From assembly GCA_965248175.1 (NCBI GenBank), contig OZ252093.1:2590406-2654405 (forward strand): a stretch of 64,000 bases of DNA, given 5' to 3'. The translations under genes were made by a program, and so were the position numbers. Under the pieces are notes generated by a model that was not told the DNA's origin, made no database searches, and saw only the letters and a list, made by a program, of their open reading frames with translations. Shown piece after piece: positions 60,271-64,000 of this stretch. The DNA is from Rhodothermales bacterium (GTDB lineage: Bacteria; Bacteroidota; Rhodothermia; Rhodothermales; VXPQ01). How positions within the stretch are numbered: the stretch's first letter is position 1; every line of letters begins with the position of its first letter.

Positions 60271-61965
60271 CTACCGCAAGGGCGCCTCCTCGACACGATC
60301 CCACAATTGCATTGCTTCCTGCAATACATGATCGATGTCGCTTATCGTTTCGTACCACATGCCCCGGTCGTAGGTGCGTTGTCCAATGCGCGCCTTGATA
60401 CGAGTCATCAGTAATTCCCGATCACTCTCCACCTCTGATCGGCTGAACCACCGTCCTTCCCCGTCGGTGCGGGAAAGCTCCGGGCTGCCGTCCGGCGCAA
60501 CGTGTATATCACGCTGATCGAGAAAAGCCAGAAAAACGTCGAATTCGTCCGGATCGAAAGCAAAATCCGTTGCAAAATCATCTCGACGCTCCCCCCATTC
60601 TTCCTGAAAGGTAACGCCGTTCCGGTCGAGCCATGCCCGGGCAAAGGCATTATCCTGTAACTGCCCGACGACCGTCCGGGCAAAAGCCGACAGGGAATCC
60701 GGATATACGATCACGTCCGGCAGAACCCCTCCGCCCCCGAAAACGATTCGCCCTCCAGCAGTCGTATACTTGAGAGAATCGGGCATCGTATCCTGAATCT
60801 CCGACATGGTCAGCGTTCTTTCGAGCCGGTAGCGATCCAGTTTCGATGCGTAATAGTCGTCGGTTTGCCCAGTGGTGTACGGCGTCTGGATAAGACGCCC
60901 CGAGGGAGTATAGAAGCGCGAGATCGTAATGCGCAGTGCACTGCCGTCGCGCAGGGGAAATTGCTTCTGAACAAGGCCCTTGCCGAACGTGCGTCGTCCA
61001 ACAACGAGCGCCCGGTCGTGATCCTGGACCGCGCCAGCCACAATTTCGCTTGCCGAGGCGGAGTTTTCGTTGACAAGGACCATGAGAGGCCCCTGCTCGA
61101 AACCATCTCCGGTGCGAGCGTAGTTCTGCTGGTTGTACTCTTCATGGCGGCTACGAGCCTCGACGATCATTTGTCCGTCCATCAGGAATTCGTCGGCAAT
61201 TTGCACTGCCATTTCCATGAATCCGCCGGCATTGTCGCGCAAATCGAGAACAAGGCGCCGCATACCTTGTTGGCGCAGCACGTCCATACCCTCCAGGAAC
61301 TCGGAATAGGTTGTCCGTGCAAACCGGTTCAGGCGAATGTACCCTGTCTCGTCGTCCAGCATGTAGCGCGCGTCCATGGTCCAGAAAGGAATCTTGTCGC
61401 GCGTAATAACGAAATCGAGCAGGTCTTCGTAGCCGGGACGCCGTACCGTAACCTTGACTCTGGTGCCGCGCGGCCCCTTCAGGGTACGCGTGACATCTTC
61501 CGAGGAAAAGCCAATGGCCGACGAATCATTCACGGCGACGATCCGGTCCCCGGAGAGCATACCCACCGACTCGCTGGGACCGCCTGGCAATGGGTTAAGC
61601 ACCGCTACCGTATCCATACCGTTCGGTCCGGCAATGATCTCGAACGCGATGCCGATCCCCTCGAACGAAGCATCAAAATCCTCCCGCACCTTCTTCATCG
61701 CTTCCGCGTCGATATATATCGAATGGGGATCGAGTTCGTTGAGCATCCCGTTGATGGCGCTCTCGGTCAACTCCGAAGAAGAAACGTCCTGCACGTACCG
61801 CTCATTAATCATGAGGTACGCGTTTTCGAGTTTCCTGAGCGACTCAGCCGTATTATCCCAGGAGATAATGGATCCCAACTCGAAACCAAGCACTATGCCC
61901 ACGGCCAAAACGACTGAGCCGAAGGTAAACACCTTCCGATACTTCTTCATTATCGATCCCTTCAT
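60271..61965 (-). CDS. S41-family C-terminal processing peptidase (Ctp/Prc-like) with PDZ domain and a long C-terminal extension
   Basis: PDZ domain (GMLSGDRIVAVND) and S41 core (LVLDLRDNAGGF...VLVNENSASASEIVAGAVQD...GRRTFGKGLVQ). Start at 61965 or 61950. Confidence 0.85.
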   Translation of the reverse strand: MKGSIMKKYRKVFTFGSVVLAVGIVLGFELGSIISWDNTAESLRKLENAYLMINERYVQDVSSSELTESAINGMLNELDPHSIYIDAEAMKKVREDFDASFEGIGIAFEIIAGPNGMDTVAVLNPLPGGPSESVGMLSGDRIVAVNDSSAIGFSSEDVTRTLKGPRGTRVKVTVRRPGYEDLLDFVITRDKIPFWTMDARYMLDDETGYIRLNRFARTTYSEFLEGMDVLRQQGMRRLVLDLRDNAGGFMEMAVQIADEFLMDGQMIVEARSRHEEYNQQNYARTGDGFEQGPLMVLVNENSASASEIVAGAVQDHDRALVVGRRTFGKGLVQKQFPLRDGSALRITISRFYTPSGRLIQTPYTTGQTDDYYASKLDRYRLERTLTMSEIQDTMPDSLKYTTAGGRIVFGGGGVLPDVIVYPDSLSAFARTVVGQLQDNAFARAWLDRNGVTFQEEWGERRDDFATDFAFDPDEFDVFLAFLDQRDIHVAPDGSPELSRTDGEGRWFSRSEVESDRELLMTRIKARIGQRTYDRGMWYETISDIDHVLQEAMQLWDRVEEAPLR

Positions 61966-62158
61966 TCCGGCGAGAGAAAACCTCCGATACGGAAAAGCGT
62001 GAACAGGTTTTTTAACCTGCGCAGGGCACTCCTGCGTACAAGCAGGAACGCCAGCGCACCACTTCCTGCCCATTGCATAATACGCTAAAAAAGACAGCAA
62101 TTGTGGTACAGGAAGCGGTTATACAGGATCCCATGCACAGTTCGTTCGTGAATGTTTT

Positions 62159-63859
62159 ATGATCACCAACAAAGAGATTGCCCGCCTTCTGAAGGAAACC
62201 GCCGCACTCATCGAGATTACCGGCGGCAACGTATTCCGGGCCCGCGCTTTTGCAAGCGCGAGCCGGGCAATCGGGCGACTGGAAAAAGAGGTGACAACGC
62301 TCACCGCCAATGACTCCCTTGAGGAATTGCCCGGCATCGGGCCCGGCCTGGCCGCACAAATAGGGGAGATTCTCGAACGCGGCTCCTTCGATCTGTATGA
62401 GGATCTGCTCAGCGCCATCCCGCCCGGGCTTCCCGGCATCTTGCGTATCAAGGGGCTTGGGGCCAAAAAGGTAAGGCGGCTCTGGCAGGAACTGGGCGTT
62501 ACCTCCGTAGAAGAACTGGAAGAAGTCGCCGCCAGCGGGCGCCTCGCTGACTTGAGCGGGTTCGGGCCAAAAATGCAGGAAGCCATTCTCGAAAATATTC
62601 GTCTCCTTAAACAATACGAGGGGCGGCGGCGATACGATCAGGCGCTGGCGGAAGCCCTGCATTGCCTCGAAGCGATCCGGGGGATAGACGAGATCCTCGA
62701 AGCCCATCTGGCGGGAGGGCTCCGCCGAAGTCTCGACACCGTGGACGATATAGTCATTGTAGCAGTGGCTGCCGTCCCCGAACAAGCTTGCCGCGCACTG
62801 GCCGGTTGGTGGACAACCTTAGAGGAGGATGCAGGCGAAGAACGTATTCTCCTCGCCACACTTCCCGATGGGTTCCCTCTGCGTATTCATGTAACGACTC
62901 CAGCCCAATACGGAGCGACATTATGGAAAGCAACCGGATCGCCGGCGCACGTAGCCGCTGTCCGGACCCGATGTGACCTTCCCGGTGATGCGCCCTCCGA
63001 ACACGCATTGTTCGAAGCCGCCGGTATGCCGTTCATAGATCCGGCTATCCGGGAAGATATGGGGGAGATTGAGGCTGCTGCACAGAACGGACTGCCGGAC
63101 CTGATCAAGTACGAAGACATTCGCGGCACGCTGCACAACCACTCTACCTGGAGCGACGGAATGCACGCCCTGCGGCAGATGATCGACGCAGCATACGCCA
63201 GAGGATATTCGTACTACGGCGTATGCGACCACAGCCGATCCCTGGTCATTGCAAACGGGCTCAGCATCGAGCGGGTGTACGAACAACAGAAAGAAATTCG
63301 CGAACTGAACAAGGCGTACGGAAATGACCTTCGGGTATTCAGCGGTACCGAATGCGACATACTCGCGGACGGATCGCTCGATTATCCCGATGACGTGCTG
63401 GCCACGTTCGATCTGGTCGTAGCAGCTATTCATACCCGCTTCGAAATGTCCGAAAAGGAAGCAACCGAACGATTGATCCGGGCGATCGAAAACCCGTACA
63501 CTATGATCCTTGCACATCCGACCGGGCGCTTGTTGCTGAGGCGAAAAGGGTATCCCATCCATCACGAAAAAGTCATCGACGCTTGCGCAGCGAACGGGGT
63601 AGCCCTTGAACTGAACGCTAATCCGTTCCGGCTCGATCTTGACTGGCGTTGGATACGGCATGCAACGGATCGTAGCGTTCCTATCTCCATTAACCCCGAT
63701 GCGCATGCCATTAACCAGTTGGATTATATGAAACTGGGCGTCTCAATCGCTCGCAAAGGATGGCTTACCCCCGAACAGTGCCTGAATGCGAAAAGCCTGG
63801 ACGAATTTTCATCCTGGCTCGACAGGAAACGATCCCGGCACAGCTACGAAACCATTTGA
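62159..63859 (+). CDS. polX: Family X DNA polymerase with C-terminal PHP phosphoesterase domain (PolX)
   Basis: N-terminal MITNKEIARLLKETAALIEITGGNVFRARAF, HhH motifs (IKGLGAKKV), and a PHP domain (LHNHSTWSDG...GVCDHS...). Confidence 0.88.
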   Translation: MITNKEIARLLKETAALIEITGGNVFRARAFASASRAIGRLEKEVTTLTANDSLEELPGIGPGLAAQIGEILERGSFDLYEDLLSAIPPGLPGILRIKGLGAKKVRRLWQELGVTSVEELEEVAASGRLADLSGFGPKMQEAILENIRLLKQYEGRRRYDQALAEALHCLEAIRGIDEILEAHLAGGLRRSLDTVDDIVIVAVAAVPEQACRALAGWWTTLEEDAGEERILLATLPDGFPLRIHVTTPAQYGATLWKATGSPAHVAAVRTRCDLPGDAPSEHALFEAAGMPFIDPAIREDMGEIEAAAQNGLPDLIKYEDIRGTLHNHSTWSDGMHALRQMIDAAYARGYSYYGVCDHSRSLVIANGLSIERVYEQQKEIRELNKAYGNDLRVFSGTECDILADGSLDYPDDVLATFDLVVAAIHTRFEMSEKEATERLIRAIENPYTMILAHPTGRLLLRRKGYPIHHEKVIDACAANGVALELNANPFRLDLDWRWIRHATDRSVPISINPDAHAINQLDYMKLGVSIARKGWLTPEQCLNAKSLDEFSSWLDRKRSRHSYETI

Positions 63860-63860
63860 C

Positions 63861-64000
63861 ATGAGAAAATTGATCGCCATCTCGGCGACAGTTGCCTTAT
63901 GCCTCGTCATCGGCGGTGGTATCGTACTGTATTTGTCGTACAGGCTGCCTGCCCCCCCGGCGCGAGCATATGTACCGGAATTAGGAGAAACAACCCGGAT
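63861..64000 (+). CDS. Membrane-anchored protein, N-terminal fragment (runs off-window)
   Basis: ATG 2 nt after the polX stop; MRKLIAISATVALCLVIGGGIVLYLSY... looks like a signal anchor. Function not assignable. Confidence 0.35.
   Translation, partial: MRKLIAISATVALCLVIGGGIVLYLSYRLPAPPARAYVPELGETTR

Overview
64-kb, high-G+C (about 60% by eye) chromosomal segment from a Bacteroidota/Rhodothermota-like bacterium. Lineage cues are DUF4837/DUF4296/DUF4293-type proteins, a CarboxypepD_reg-type TonB-dependent receptor, an ExbB-ExbD-ExbD cluster and starts with little Shine-Dalgarno signal. The minus-strand backbone has three parts. (1) A fatty-acid beta-oxidation operon, fadD-fadN-fadA...fadE, split by a ~5-kb graveyard of insertion sequences (three IS3-family copies, an IS1595 remnant, an IS256 remnant) that also holds an AT-rich orphan gene. 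(2) The conserved block tRNA-Thr/Tyr/Gly/Thr, tRNA-Trp, secE, nusG, rplK, rplA, rplJ, rplL, rpoB, rpoC plus a DUF4097 gene. It notably has no tuf between tRNA-Thr(GGU) and tRNA-Trp. (3) dedA-ispF-ispD-queA, tkt, and a VKOR-DsbA fusion. A second small IS graveyard (37.2-38.3 kb) abuts a tandem double-sulfatase gene. The plus-strand half carries mscS, then a complete trp operon with unusual content (trpE, unknown ORF, trpS, trpG-D-C-F-B-A). A candidate Trp-codon leader peptide and terminator/antiterminator precede it. Next come a DUF4837 lipoprotein, hisG, recQ, a GT2 glycosyltransferase, a DMT transporter, the ExbBD cluster, a Ctp protease and PolX. The left edge carries the end of an AbiL-like (AAA ATPase + RloB) defence pair in lower-G+C DNA. 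I saw no CRISPR array, rRNA, retron or prophage. The most notable non-routine signals are the trp attenuator and operon composition, the missing tuf, the reconstructable IS-disrupted AT-rich island, and the odd architecture of the second IS cluster. All calls rest on reading the supplied translations and the sequence; no database searches were run.
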